A stretch of 64,000 nt of DNA from Vicinamibacteria bacterium. Its GTDB lineage: Bacteria; Acidobacteriota; Vicinamibacteria; Marinacidobacterales; Marinacidobacteraceae. The notes under the pieces are model-generated. The model was not told the origin of the DNA and made no database searches. It worked only from the letters and a program-made list of their open reading frames with translations. The stretch lies in contig OY729431.1 in NCBI GenBank assembly GCA_963422395.1, positions 1,152,001 through 1,216,000 on the forward strand. Direction: 5' to 3'. Below are positions 50,784-59,923 of this stretch, piece by piece. Made by a program: the position numbers and the translations under genes. Numbering within the stretch: position 1 is the stretch's first letter; each line of letters starts with the position of its first letter.

Positions 50784-52260
50784 GCGCCATCCGGAGAGCG
50801 CTCAGCACGGCTTCTGCCTTCCGGCAGCTCTCTTCGTACTCGGCGGCCGGATCGGAGTCGGCGACCACTCCGCCGCCGGCCTGGAAATATCCGACGCCGT
50901 CCTTGGCGACCAGGGTGCGGATGGCGATCGCGGTGTCCGAAGCCCCGCTGTAGGAGAAATAGCCCACCGCTCCGCCGTACACCCCCCGGCGTTCCCTCTC
51001 GAGTTCCTCGATGATTTCCATCGCCCGAATCTTGGGGGCGCCGGAGAGCGTGCCGGCGGGAAAGGTGGCGCGCAACGAATCGAAAGCGTCGAGGTCGGGG
51101 CGGAGGCGTCCCAGCACGCGGGAGACGATGTGCATGACATGCGAATAGCGCTCGATGCCCATCAGATCCTCGACCTCGACCTCGCCGTAGCGAGAGACCC
51201 GGCCCACATCGTTGCGGGCGAGGTCCACCAGCATCACATGCTCGGCGCGCTCCTTTTCGTCGGCGAGGAGTTCCCTGGCGAGTGTGGCGTCTTCCTCGGG
51301 CGTCTGCCCGCGGGGGCGGGTGCCGGCGATCGGGCGGGTCTCGATGCGGTCTCCCTGGGTACGGGTCATCATCTCTGGCGAGGCACCCGCGACCACCAGC
51401 CCATCGAAATCGAGGTAGTACATGTAGGGCGACGGGTTCACCACCCGCAGCGCTCGGTAGAAGTCGAAGGGGTGCACGGTCAGCGGAGTCTCGAACCGCT
51501 GGGAGGGGACGACCTGGATGATGTCGCCGGCAGCCACGTACTCCTTCGCTCGGCGCACCATTTCGAGGTATGCCTCCCGGCTCACATTGGAACGCGGTTC
51601 GGGGAAGGGGCCGCGGTCCGCCGGCGCACCTCTTCGGGGTGCGGCGGGAAGCGGCGCCCGCAGCTCGGCGACCGCAGCGGCGATCCGGGCTTCGGCTTCA
51701 TCGTAGGCTGCGTCGGCGCGGTCCGGCGTCTCGACGACGGAGTTCGTGATGACTTGGATCACATTCCGCACCCGATCGAAGACCAGGACGGTGTCGGCGA
51801 GTAGAAACGCCGCGTCGGGGAGCCCGAGCGAATCGTCCACCGTCTCTGGCAGGCGTTCGAACTGGCGCGCGGCGTCGTAGGCGAGGTAGCCGACGAATCC
51901 GCCGGGAAATGGCGGCAGGCCGTCCACCGGCACCGGGGTGTAGCGGCGGAGCAGATCCCGCAGCGCCGAGAGGGGGTCTTCGCTGCGAAGCGCCTCGGTT
52001 TTCCCCTCCCGCAGGAAGCGGCAAGTCACGCGGGCGCCGCGGCCCTCGATGATCGCCTGCGGTTTCGATCCCAGGAACGAATAGCGGCCGACGGTCTCTC
52101 CACCCTCGACCGACTCCATCAGGAAGGCTGGCCCCCGGTTGCCGACTCGGAGGAAGGCAGAGACCGGAGTATCGCAATCCGCCAGGATTTCGCGGCGGAC
52201 CGGGATCAGGTTGCCCTGTCTGGCCAGCGCCCGGAAATCGGAACGAGAAGGGAGGAACAC
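50767..52260 (-). CDS. trpE: Anthranilate synthase component I
   Basis: FLMESVEGG..GRYSF, NPSPYMYY, PIAGT, EHVMLVDLARND, GTLSGAPK. Confidence 0.9.
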   Translation of the reverse strand: MFLPSRSDFRALARQGNLIPVRREILADCDTPVSAFLRVGNRGPAFLMESVEGGETVGRYSFLGSKPQAIIEGRGARVTCRFLREGKTEALRSEDPLSALRDLLRRYTPVPVDGLPPFPGGFVGYLAYDAARQFERLPETVDDSLGLPDAAFLLADTVLVFDRVRNVIQVITNSVVETPDRADAAYDEAEARIAAAVAELRAPLPAAPRRGAPADRGPFPEPRSNVSREAYLEMVRRAKEYVAAGDIIQVVPSQRFETPLTVHPFDFYRALRVVNPSPYMYYLDFDGLVVAGASPEMMTRTQGDRIETRPIAGTRPRGQTPEEDATLARELLADEKERAEHVMLVDLARNDVGRVSRYGEVEVEDLMGIERYSHVMHIVSRVLGRLRPDLDAFDSLRATFPAGTLSGAPKIRAMEIIEELERERRGVYGGAVGYFSYSGASDTAIAIRTLVAKDGVGYFQAGGGVVADSDPAAEYEESCRKAEAVLSALRMAHAGLS

Positions 52261-52310
52261 GGAACCCTCCGGGCGGAGGGGCGCGGATTGTAGAGGGGCG
52301 GGCTTACGGA

Positions 52311-52352
52311 CCGAGCGGTTCGAGCGGTTCGAGCGCTCCGAGAGCGGGGCGT
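52311..52352 (-). repeat. 3'-end remnant of repeat family A with tandem 9-mers
   Basis: Reverse complement ACGCCCCGCTC...CGAACCGCTCGAACCGCTCGG matches the family A end ACGCCCCGCTCCCGAACCGCTCAG. Confidence 0.55.
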
Positions 52353-52384
52353 CAGGATGGCGTCGGGCGTTCTCGGGGGAAGAG

Positions 52385-53177
52385 TGAGGATGCCCCGCTC
52401 CCGAAGCGCCCGGCGCTGAGCGCCGCCCTCGAACAGGTGGATCAGGAGATCCTGGACGCCTGGGCGCGGCGGGACGCCATCACGGTGGCGATCGGGAGGG
52501 TGAAGCAGGAGTCCCGCCGGCCCATCCACGATTCCTCGCAGGAGGCGCGGGTCCTCGAAAGGGCCCGCGGCCTCGCCGCCGGCAGGGGCATCTCCCCCGA
52601 CCTCGCCGCGGCTTGATCTTCGACATCGTTCGGTCAAGGCGCCTCTCGCGCGTGGACTCGCCGCCCTGGTCGAGAGCGGCTGCCACGCGGCTTCGGTGCA
52701 TCCGATGTTCGGCCCGGATGCCCATGTCCTCCACGGCTGCCATGTGCTGGTCATGGATGCCGGCCGGTCGGAGGCCGCAGCCGAAGCCGCCTCTCGGTCT
52801 TCTCCGGCACCATGGCCGAGATCCTGTGCCTCCCGTTGGCGGAGCACGACCCGCTGATCGCCTATGTCCTCGGGCTCTCGCACGCCCTGAATCCGGCTTT
52901 CGTCACCGCCCTCATAGGGAGCGGGGAGCAGGCCCCGCGGCTCGCCCGGCTGTCCAGCGTCACCTTCGAACGCCAGCTGCGGGTCGCGGCGGCAGTCACC
53001 GGGGAGAACCCGCGCCTCTACTATGAGATCCAGCACTCCAATCCGCACGGCCCGGCGGCGATCCATCACCTCGCGGCCGCGGTTTCCCGCCTCGCTGCGG
53101 TCATCCACGATGACGACGAGGCTGCCTTCGTCCGCCTCATGAAGGCAGGGCGCGAGTACGTCCTCGGTCGCCGCTGA
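52385..53177 (+). pseudogene. tyrA: Chorismate mutase/prephenate dehydrogenase, decayed
   Basis: CM domain (LEQVDQEILDAWARR...IGRVK...QEARVLERAR) jumps directly to LIFDI/SVKAPL...SVHPMFGP.../HDPLIAYVLGLSH. The NAD-binding GxGxxG segment is absent. Frameshifts at about 52628 and 52795. Confidence 0.85.
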
Positions 53178-53199
53178 CCCGCGGCGCAGACTCCTAGCG

Positions 53200-54612
53200 C
53201 TAGCGGAGTTCGGGTTCCTGGTTTGCCAGCAGGCGTCGCAGGGCTTGGACGGCGCGGACGGCTTCGGCGCCGGAAGCGAAGCCGCGGGGCCCGAAGGTGT
53301 CCTTCGAGGGCAGCCGCAGCAGGCCGAGCTGGACGGCGACCTGGGCGGCACTGCGGTTCCGGTGCCCCTCGGGCATGTCGGTGAGTTGTCGATCGGCGGC
53401 GTCGCGCTGTGCCCGGTGGAGCGCTTCGGGATCGAAGGCGCCGAGTGCGGCGCCGAGCGCAGCGGCGAGTTCGGCGCGGCTCACGAAGGCACGCGGCTTG
53501 AAGGTGTGGTCGGGAAACAGCCGCAGGTATCCAGCGCCGAGTGCCGTCCGGATGAGGTTCGCCGCCCAGCTGCGTTCGATGTCGATGGCGATCCGGAGGT
53601 CCGGGCGTTCGGGTTCCGGCGCCTCGGGCGCGCCGAGTTCCGCTGACAGGATCGCCGCGAGCTGTTCGCGGGTGACCCGTTCGGCTTCGCGGATCCGGTC
53701 GTACCGCTCCGCGACGCGGGCGATTTCGAGGCGGCGTTCGAGTGCGCTCGCGCGGTCCGTCAGGTCGGCCAGTTTCCGGAGGCCCGGTTCGGCGAGGACC
53801 CGGTCGAGGCGGACGAGGCTCTCCGAGAGCAGGCCCGCGTCGGCCAGCAGCTCCGCGCCGGCGATGCGGGCGGTGAGCGCCTGGCGTTCGCTGGCCGAAG
53901 CGAGCGCCGGCACCGAGTCGAACCACTCCCGGGCGATCAGCACGCTGCCTCCGGCGGACGCTGCCTCGGCGGCTTCGAGGAGCAGATCGGCGGAATCCGG
54001 GATCACCTCGAGGGCCGCCCGATACGCGTCGGCGACTGTCGGATCCCCGCGGTCCCGGGCAGCAGTCTCGCGGGCGCGGCGCAGGCGGCGCTCAGCGACC
54101 TCCAGCGTGAGCGCCGGGAGCCGCTCGGCGACGATTACGGCATCGGGTTCGATTCCGGCGAGCCGCCGAAGCCTCCGGAACATGCTCTCGGGGTCTTCCT
54201 CGCCGAGGACTACCAGAACCTGTCCGAGCGCCGCGAAGCCATCCCCGGGCACCGCTTCGAGAGCCCGCCCGAAGAGGGAATCGGCATCCTCCCGCCGGCC
54301 GGCCCGGAGCGCGAGGAACCCGTCGACTCCGAGCACGCCCGAATCGCCGGGAGCGGTCTCGCGAAGCGGAGCGAGCGCCCGGTCGGCCTCTCCGAGCCTT
54401 CCTTCGACGACGAGCCGCCATCCTTCGTGGAGCGCGGCCCGGGCGGCTTCGGTCAACCCCGCTCCTGCTGTCGGGCGCCGCGGCGCCGCATGGTGAAAGC
54501 CGTCGAGCGGGACTGTCGGAATCACCGGCGCCGGGCGCGGCCCGCAAGCGGCGCCGACGATCGCAAGGCCGGCCAGAATGCAGAGCGCGGCAGCGCCGTG
54601 TTTGGGCAGCAT
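53200..54612 (-). CDS. Lipoprotein with TPRs and C-terminal SLH-like repeats
   Basis: IVGAAC lipobox, helical repeats, then DIERSWAANLI...FPDHTFKPRAFVSRAELA and a second similar repeat. Confidence 0.8.
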   Translation of the reverse strand: MLPKHGAAALCILAGLAIVGAACGPRPAPVIPTVPLDGFHHAAPRRPTAGAGLTEAARAALHEGWRLVVEGRLGEADRALAPLRETAPGDSGVLGVDGFLALRAGRREDADSLFGRALEAVPGDGFAALGQVLVVLGEEDPESMFRRLRRLAGIEPDAVIVAERLPALTLEVAERRLRRARETAARDRGDPTVADAYRAALEVIPDSADLLLEAAEAASAGGSVLIAREWFDSVPALASASERQALTARIAGAELLADAGLLSESLVRLDRVLAEPGLRKLADLTDRASALERRLEIARVAERYDRIREAERVTREQLAAILSAELGAPEAPEPERPDLRIAIDIERSWAANLIRTALGAGYLRLFPDHTFKPRAFVSRAELAAALGAALGAFDPEALHRAQRDAADRQLTDMPEGHRNRSAAQVAVQLGLLRLPSKDTFGPRGFASGAEAVRAVQALRRLLANQEPELR

Positions 54613-54773
54613 CCTTCCGAGTCTATCCAAGCAGCTCGGAGAGAAAGCCCCCGCTTCGCCAGCAGGCGCAAGTGAGGCAAAGCGCTGAGGCGGCGGCCCG
54701 GCAGGGCGGTTCCCTGCTCGGTTTCCGGAGAGTGCGCCCCGGAAGCCTCGAACGACCGGAATAGAATCGGGGG

Positions 54774-55679
54774 ATGCGTTCCCTCCTGCTCTTCGTCTCT
54801 CCTTTTCTCGCCACTCTCTTCCTGGCTCCGGCACTCGCCGCTCCGCAGGCGGAAGAAGATGCCGAGCGGCGGATTCTCGTGCATGTCGCGAACACCCTGC
54901 AGCCTGGCGAGAGGCTGCTGCTCTCGGAGCTCGTCGAGCGGTTTCAGGCGCCCGAAGAACAGCGGGCGCTCGATCGACTGAACGATGTCTTTTTTCGCAC
55001 TCCGTTGTTCCTGGTCGAGTTCGAAGGCCGCGAGGGGCGGCTGCCGACGCTCGGCGAAATCGCCGGGCAGTTCTCGCTCTACGGTGAGGAGGCAGCCGAC
55101 ATCGTGCTGCGGATCATGGAATCGGATCCACGGGTGCCGAAGTTCCTCGTGCGGGATGGAGAAGGAAAGCTGGTCTCGATCGACCAGGAGCTGGTGCGGG
55201 CCGACGAACGGTTTGCGCGCGCCGTGAGCCGGAGCCTGACCGGCTGGGAGGGCCGCAGCCTGCCGGCCATCGTCGGCGAGCGGTTCGGGGGCGGCGAAGC
55301 AGCGGTGGCCGACCTGATGGACGATGCCACCCTGGTCTATGTGTGGTTCACGAACTGCCCTCCCTGCGTCCAGATCGCGCCGGTGCTCCAGGCGCTCCAC
55401 GAGGACCTCGGAAGCGACGGGCTCGCGATCATCGGTCTGAACGCCGACCGGGTTCTCAAACTGCCCTTCGGGGACGAAGACCGTGCCGCGCACCAGGAGA
55501 AAGGCGGGGTCACCTTCGAAAATCTCCACTTGCGAGCGGAAGACCGCGCCGCCCTCGGCAATGTGAACATCTTTCCGACCCTGTTCCTCGCCTCGCGCGA
55601 TGGAACGGTCGCCCGGCACTTCGTGAACTTCCAGGCGCGCGAGGAACTCGAACCCGAAATCCTCGCACTGCTGCAATAG
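54774..55679 (+). CDS. Exported TlpA/ResA-like thioredoxin with an extra N-terminal domain
   Basis: Signal peptide, WFTNCPPC, cis-Pro motif IFPTLFL. Confidence 0.85.
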   Translation: MRSLLLFVSPFLATLFLAPALAAPQAEEDAERRILVHVANTLQPGERLLLSELVERFQAPEEQRALDRLNDVFFRTPLFLVEFEGREGRLPTLGEIAGQFSLYGEEAADIVLRIMESDPRVPKFLVRDGEGKLVSIDQELVRADERFARAVSRSLTGWEGRSLPAIVGERFGGGEAAVADLMDDATLVYVWFTNCPPCVQIAPVLQALHEDLGSDGLAIIGLNADRVLKLPFGDEDRAAHQEKGGVTFENLHLRAEDRAALGNVNIFPTLFLASRDGTVARHFVNFQAREELEPEILALLQ

Positions 55680-55793
55680 TTCTGGCAGCCGCTGCTCGCG
55701 GCCGCTGTGCCCCGGGTTCGACGATGGATAGCGGAAGGATGGGGGCCGTCCCTGCCTTGCAGAAGGCCCGGGTGCGAGGACCTCTCTCGTGGC

Positions 55794-55990
55794 CGGGCGC
55801 GGCGCAGCGGGGGAAAGTGTGAAAGGGGGGTTTCCCCCGTTCACGAGATGGTGGCTCAGAATCCGAACTGGCTGCCTGTGGCAGGAGTTCGGATTCCGGC
55901 GCGAAGCGCCGGGCGGTTCGGGAGCGGTGCGTCTCGCTCATCCCGCTCGCCCCATGGGAGTTAGACACGCTACGGCATCACGCCCCGCTC
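55794..55990 (+). repeat. Structured repeat family A, tandem copy 1 (3'-truncated)
   Basis: About 197 nt matching 56050-56247 apart from one homopolymer length. Confidence 0.95.
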
Positions 55991-56018
55991 GAGGGTCTCG
56001 ATCCTCATCTGTGGCCGG

Positions 56019-56260
56019 AAAAACGTCTGTTGCGCCCGAGCCTCAGGATCGGGCGCGGCGCAGCGGGGGAAAGTGTGAAAGGGGGGTTTCCCCCCGTTCA
56101 CGAGATGGTGGCTCAGAATCCGAACTGGCTGCCTGTGGCAGGAGTTCGGATTCCGGCGCGAAGCGCCGGGCGGTTCGGGAGCGGTGCGTCTCGCTCATCC
56201 CGCTCGCCCCATGGGAGTTAGACACGCTACGGCATCACGCCCCGCTCCCGAACCGCTCAG
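56019..56260 (+). repeat. Structured repeat family A, longest copy
   Basis: Stems GCGCCCGA/TCGGGCGC, GGGGGG/CCCCCC, GAATCCGAACT/AGTTCGGATTC and CGGTTCGGGAGCGG/CCGCTCCCGAACCG. Confidence 0.93.
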
Positions 56261-56263
56261 CTC

Positions 56264-56310
56264 TGAGTTGACAAAATATCACTCATATCTTATAGTTGCG
56301 TCCAACTAAG
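56264..56310 (+). promoter_or_regulatory. dnaK sigma70 promoter with overlapping inverted repeats (candidate HspR operators)
   Basis: TTGACA (56268)-N17-TATAGT (56291). Dyads TGAGT-N12-ACTCA and TAGTTG-N4-CAACTA. Confidence 0.8.
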
Positions 56311-56363
56311 GGCCGGGTCGTCCCGGTTCAGTATTCGTTTTCGATTCAGGAGTTCCAAGGCGC

Positions 56364-58289
56364 ATGAGCAAGATCATCGGTATCGATCTGGGTACCACGA
56401 ACTCGGTCGTCGCGGTGATGGAGGGTGGGCAGCCCACCATCATCCCGAACGCCGAGGGGGGGCGAACCACCGCCTCGGTAGTGGGAATCGCCAAGTCCGG
56501 CGAACGGCTCGTCGGGGAGGTGGCGAAGCGGCAGGCCATCACCAACCCCGAGAACACCGTCTTCTCCATCAAGCGCTTCATGGGGCGGCGTTACGACGAG
56601 GCCCAGGAGGAACGGGGGACGGCTCCCTACGAAATCATCCGCAAGGACGACGGCATCGAAGTGTCGATGAGCGGCAAGGGCTACAGCCCGCCAGAAATCT
56701 CGGCCATGGTGCTGCAGAAGATGAAGGCGTCCGCCGAGAAGTACCTCGGCGAGACCGTTGAGCGGGCGGTCATCACCGTCCCGGCCTACTTCAACGATTC
56801 GCAGCGGCAGGCCACCAAGGACGCCGGCGAAATCGCCGGACTCGAGGTCGTGCGCATCGTGAACGAGCCCACCGCGGCCGCGCTCGCCTACGGCCTCGAG
56901 AAGCAGAAGAGCGAGAAGATCGCGGTTTACGACTTCGGCGGCGGGACCTTCGACATCTCGATCCTCGAGGTCGGAGAGGGGGTGGTGGAGGTTCGTTCCA
57001 CGAATGGAGACACCTACCTCGGCGGAGACGACCTCGACAAGCGGGTGCGCGAATGGATCGTCGCCGAGTTTCTGAGGTCTGAGGGGATCGACCTCAGCGC
57101 CGATCGGATGGCGTTCCAGCGGCTCACCGACGCCGCCGAGAAGGCCAAGGTCGAGCTCTCGACCACTCACGAGACGGAGATCAACCTGCCGTTCATCACC
57201 GCCGACGCCTCCGGGCCGAAGCATCTGGTGCTGACTCTCTCCCGATCGCGGCTCGAGTCCCTGATCGGCGAACTCCTGGAGCGGACCCGCAAGCCCTGCC
57301 AGCAGGCGATCGAGGACGCCGGGCTCGGCGGGAGTTCCGTCGATCAGGTGGTGCTCGTCGGTGGCACGACTCGGATCCCGCGGGTCCAGCAACTCGCGGA
57401 GGAGATCTTCGGAGTCGAACCGCACCAAGGGGTGAACCCGGACGAGGTCGTCGCTCTCGGCGCCGCGATCCAGGCGGGAGTGCTCGGGGGCGAAGTCAAG
57501 GACCTGCTGCTGCTCGATGTCACCCCGCTGTCGCTCGGCATCGAGACTCTCGGCGGGGTCTTCACGCCGCTCATCGAGCGAAACACCACGATCCCGCATC
57601 GGGCCAGCAATGTCTTCTCGACCGCTAGCGACAACCAGACCGAGGTCGAGGTCCATGTGCTCCAGGGCGAGCGGTCCATGGCTTCCGACAACCGAACCCT
57701 CGGGAAGTTCAAACTGGTGGGGATTCCGCCGGCGCCGCGCGGGGTTCCGCAGGTCGATGTGGCCTTCGACATCGATGCCAACGGCATCGTGAATGTCTCG
57801 GCGAAGGACCAGGCGACCGGGCGGGAGGAGGCGATCACCATCACCGCCTCGAGCGGACTCAGCAAGGACGAGATCGAGACGATGAAAGCCGAAGCGGCCT
57901 CCAACGAAGACGCGGACCGGCAGCGCCGCGAGGATGTCGAGTTCCGGAACGAAACCGATGCCCTCGCCCACCAGGTCGAGAAGCTGCTGGAAGAAAACCG
58001 CGAAAAGATCGAAGGTTCCGATGCGGACACGATCGGCAAGGCGGTGTCGGCGGCGCGCGCGGCGCTCAAGGACGGCGACATGGACCGAATTCGCTCCGCC
58101 CGGGCCGAGCTGGAGAAGGCGAGCCACCGGCTCGCGGAAGTCATGTACCGGAAGACTTCGGGCTCCGGGGAAGAGGCTGCCTCAGATGCCCCGCCGCCCC
58201 CGCCGCCTCCACCCGGCGGTAAGAAGAGCAAGGGGAACGGCGCCGCCGACGGCGACATCATCGACGCCGAGGTGGTAGGAGACAACTGA
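56364..58289 (+). CDS. dnaK: Chaperone DnaK
   Basis: [38 protein letters not shown]. Confidence 0.99.
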   Translation: MSKIIGIDLGTTNSVVAVMEGGQPTIIPNAEGGRTTASVVGIAKSGERLVGEVAKRQAITNPENTVFSIKRFMGRRYDEAQEERGTAPYEIIRKDDGIEVSMSGKGYSPPEISAMVLQKMKASAEKYLGETVERAVITVPAYFNDSQRQATKDAGEIAGLEVVRIVNEPTAAALAYGLEKQKSEKIAVYDFGGGTFDISILEVGEGVVEVRSTNGDTYLGGDDLDKRVREWIVAEFLRSEGIDLSADRMAFQRLTDAAEKAKVELSTTHETEINLPFITADASGPKHLVLTLSRSRLESLIGELLERTRKPCQQAIEDAGLGGSSVDQVVLVGGTTRIPRVQQLAEEIFGVEPHQGVNPDEVVALGAAIQAGVLGGEVKDLLLLDVTPLSLGIETLGGVFTPLIERNTTIPHRASNVFSTASDNQTEVEVHVLQGERSMASDNRTLGKFKLVGIPPAPRGVPQVDVAFDIDANGIVNVSAKDQATGREEAITITASSGLSKDEIETMKAEAASNEDADRQRREDVEFRNETDALAHQVEKLLEENREKIEGSDADTIGKAVSAARAALKDGDMDRIRSARAELEKASHRLAEVMYRKTSGSGEEAASDAPPPPPPPPGGKKSKGNGAADGDIIDAEVVGDN

Positions 58290-58333
58290 GGGGTCGTGGG
58301 CGCCGCGCCCTCCGTCAGCAGTATCCCCGGAGG

Positions 58334-59491
58334 ATGAGCAGCCGGCCGAAGACCAGCCCCGGCGGCGCGGACTACTACGCCGTGCTGGGGGTGGTGCGCA
58401 CTTCCGACACCGCCCGAATCCGCCAGGCGTACCGGCGGCTGGCGCGCCGGATGCATCCGGACCTGAACCCGAACGACCGAACTGCCCGGGAGCGCTACCA
58501 GGAGATCCAGCGGGCCTGGGAAGTGCTCGGCGATCCGGAGCGGCGCGCCGAGTACGACCGCTGGGGCAGCCGCGAACCCGCTCCCGCGGTGGTGACCCAG
58601 GTGCACTACGGCTTCGCCGGCTTCGATTTCGGCGGCGACCCGGCCACCGATTCCGGGGCGCTCCACGAGATCTTCGACAGCCGCGGCGAGCCGGACCCGG
58701 GGGAGCCGGAAGCTGCTGCGGACATCCATGCCAGAGTGAGGGTCTCGTTCCTCGAATCGCTGGAAGGCAAGCAGATTCGGTTGCGGGCGGTACGGCAGGA
58801 GACCTGCGAACCCTGCGGCGGTCGCGGCGAACAGCCCGTCGGCGGATCGTTTCTCGACAGTGGAGCCGGTTGTCCGGCCTGCTCCGGGTCGGGACGGCGC
58901 ACCCGCCGGTACGGCCACATGGTGTTCGTGCGTCCCTGCCGGCGGTGTAATGGACAGGGAGTGCTGCTCCATGTCGCCTGCCGCCGGTGCGGCGGGAGCG
59001 GGCGCTGCGCCCGTCCGGCCCGGCTCATCGCCCGGCTTCCCGCTGGAGTGGCCGATGGCGCCACGATCCAGGTGGAGGGCAAGGGGCACCACCGGGGCCC
59101 GGGAGAGCCTCCCGGCGATCTCCAGCTCCATGTGGAGGTGGCTCCGCATCCGGTGCTCGAACGCCGCGGCGACAACCTCATCTGCCCTTTGCCGCTGACC
59201 CTCGCCGAGGCGGTGCTCGGCGGCCGGATCGAAGTGCCGACGCTCTCCGGGCCGGTCACGGTGCGCCTGCCGCCGGGAGTCCAGCCCGGTACCCGCGTCC
59301 GGCTCGCCGGCCGCGGCGTTCCCTCGACCCGGGGGGATGCGCGCGGCGACCTCTTTCTCGAGGTGCGGATCCACATTCCGGAGATCCGTGACGACCGGTC
59401 GCGGGATCTGGTGCGGGAGCTTTCGGCTCGTTATCCCGAGTCCCCCCGGGATGCTCTCCGTGAGAAGCTTCGGCCGGAGGATTCCCGATGA
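58334..59491 (+). CDS. dnaJ: Chaperone DnaJ
   Basis: J domain with HPD, four CxxCxGxG repeats, C-terminal domain. Confidence 0.93.
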   Translation: MSSRPKTSPGGADYYAVLGVVRTSDTARIRQAYRRLARRMHPDLNPNDRTARERYQEIQRAWEVLGDPERRAEYDRWGSREPAPAVVTQVHYGFAGFDFGGDPATDSGALHEIFDSRGEPDPGEPEAAADIHARVRVSFLESLEGKQIRLRAVRQETCEPCGGRGEQPVGGSFLDSGAGCPACSGSGRRTRRYGHMVFVRPCRRCNGQGVLLHVACRRCGGSGRCARPARLIARLPAGVADGATIQVEGKGHHRGPGEPPGDLQLHVEVAPHPVLERRGDNLICPLPLTLAEAVLGGRIEVPTLSGPVTVRLPPGVQPGTRVRLAGRGVPSTRGDARGDLFLEVRIHIPEIRDDRSRDLVRELSARYPESPRDALREKLRPEDSR

Positions 59492-59901
59492 GCGCGGAAC
59501 GCCGCCGGGGCGTGTACATGATCAGCGCCGTCGCCGAGATCTGCGGCGTCCACCCGCAGACGCTCCGACTCTACGAACGCGAGGGACTCCTCCGGCCCTC
59601 GCGCACCGAGGGGAACACCCGGGTGTACACCGATGAGGATCTCGAGCGACTGCGGACGATCCTCAACCTGCGGGAGCTCGGGGTGAATCTGGCCGGCGTG
59701 GACATCATCCTCGACATGCGCCGCAAGATGGAACGCATGCAGGAGGAGATCGCCCAATTCACCGAGTTCATCCACCGGGAACTGGCGCGGGAGGAGAGCG
59801 CGCTCAGCGAAAGGACCAGGAACGCGCTGGTCAGACTTCCCCGGCAGGACATGGTGCGCGTTGCCGAGGCGCCGGGGAAGGACGACGCCGCCGGAAGATA
59901 G
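59488..59901 (+). CDS. hspR: MerR-family heat-shock repressor HspR
   Basis: YMISAVAE..VHPQTLRLYEREGLLRPSRTEGNTRVY, LGVNLAGV. Follows dnaK-dnaJ. Confidence 0.88.
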   Translation: MSAERRRGVYMISAVAEICGVHPQTLRLYEREGLLRPSRTEGNTRVYTDEDLERLRTILNLRELGVNLAGVDIILDMRRKMERMQEEIAQFTEFIHRELAREESALSERTRNALVRLPRQDMVRVAEAPGKDDAAGR

Positions 59902-59923
59902 AGCCTGCCGGCAGAGAACATCG

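Noticed and set aside
55794-56247. Possible CRISPR array
   Set aside because: Only two units of about 200 nt, no repeat-spacer periodicity and no cas genes.
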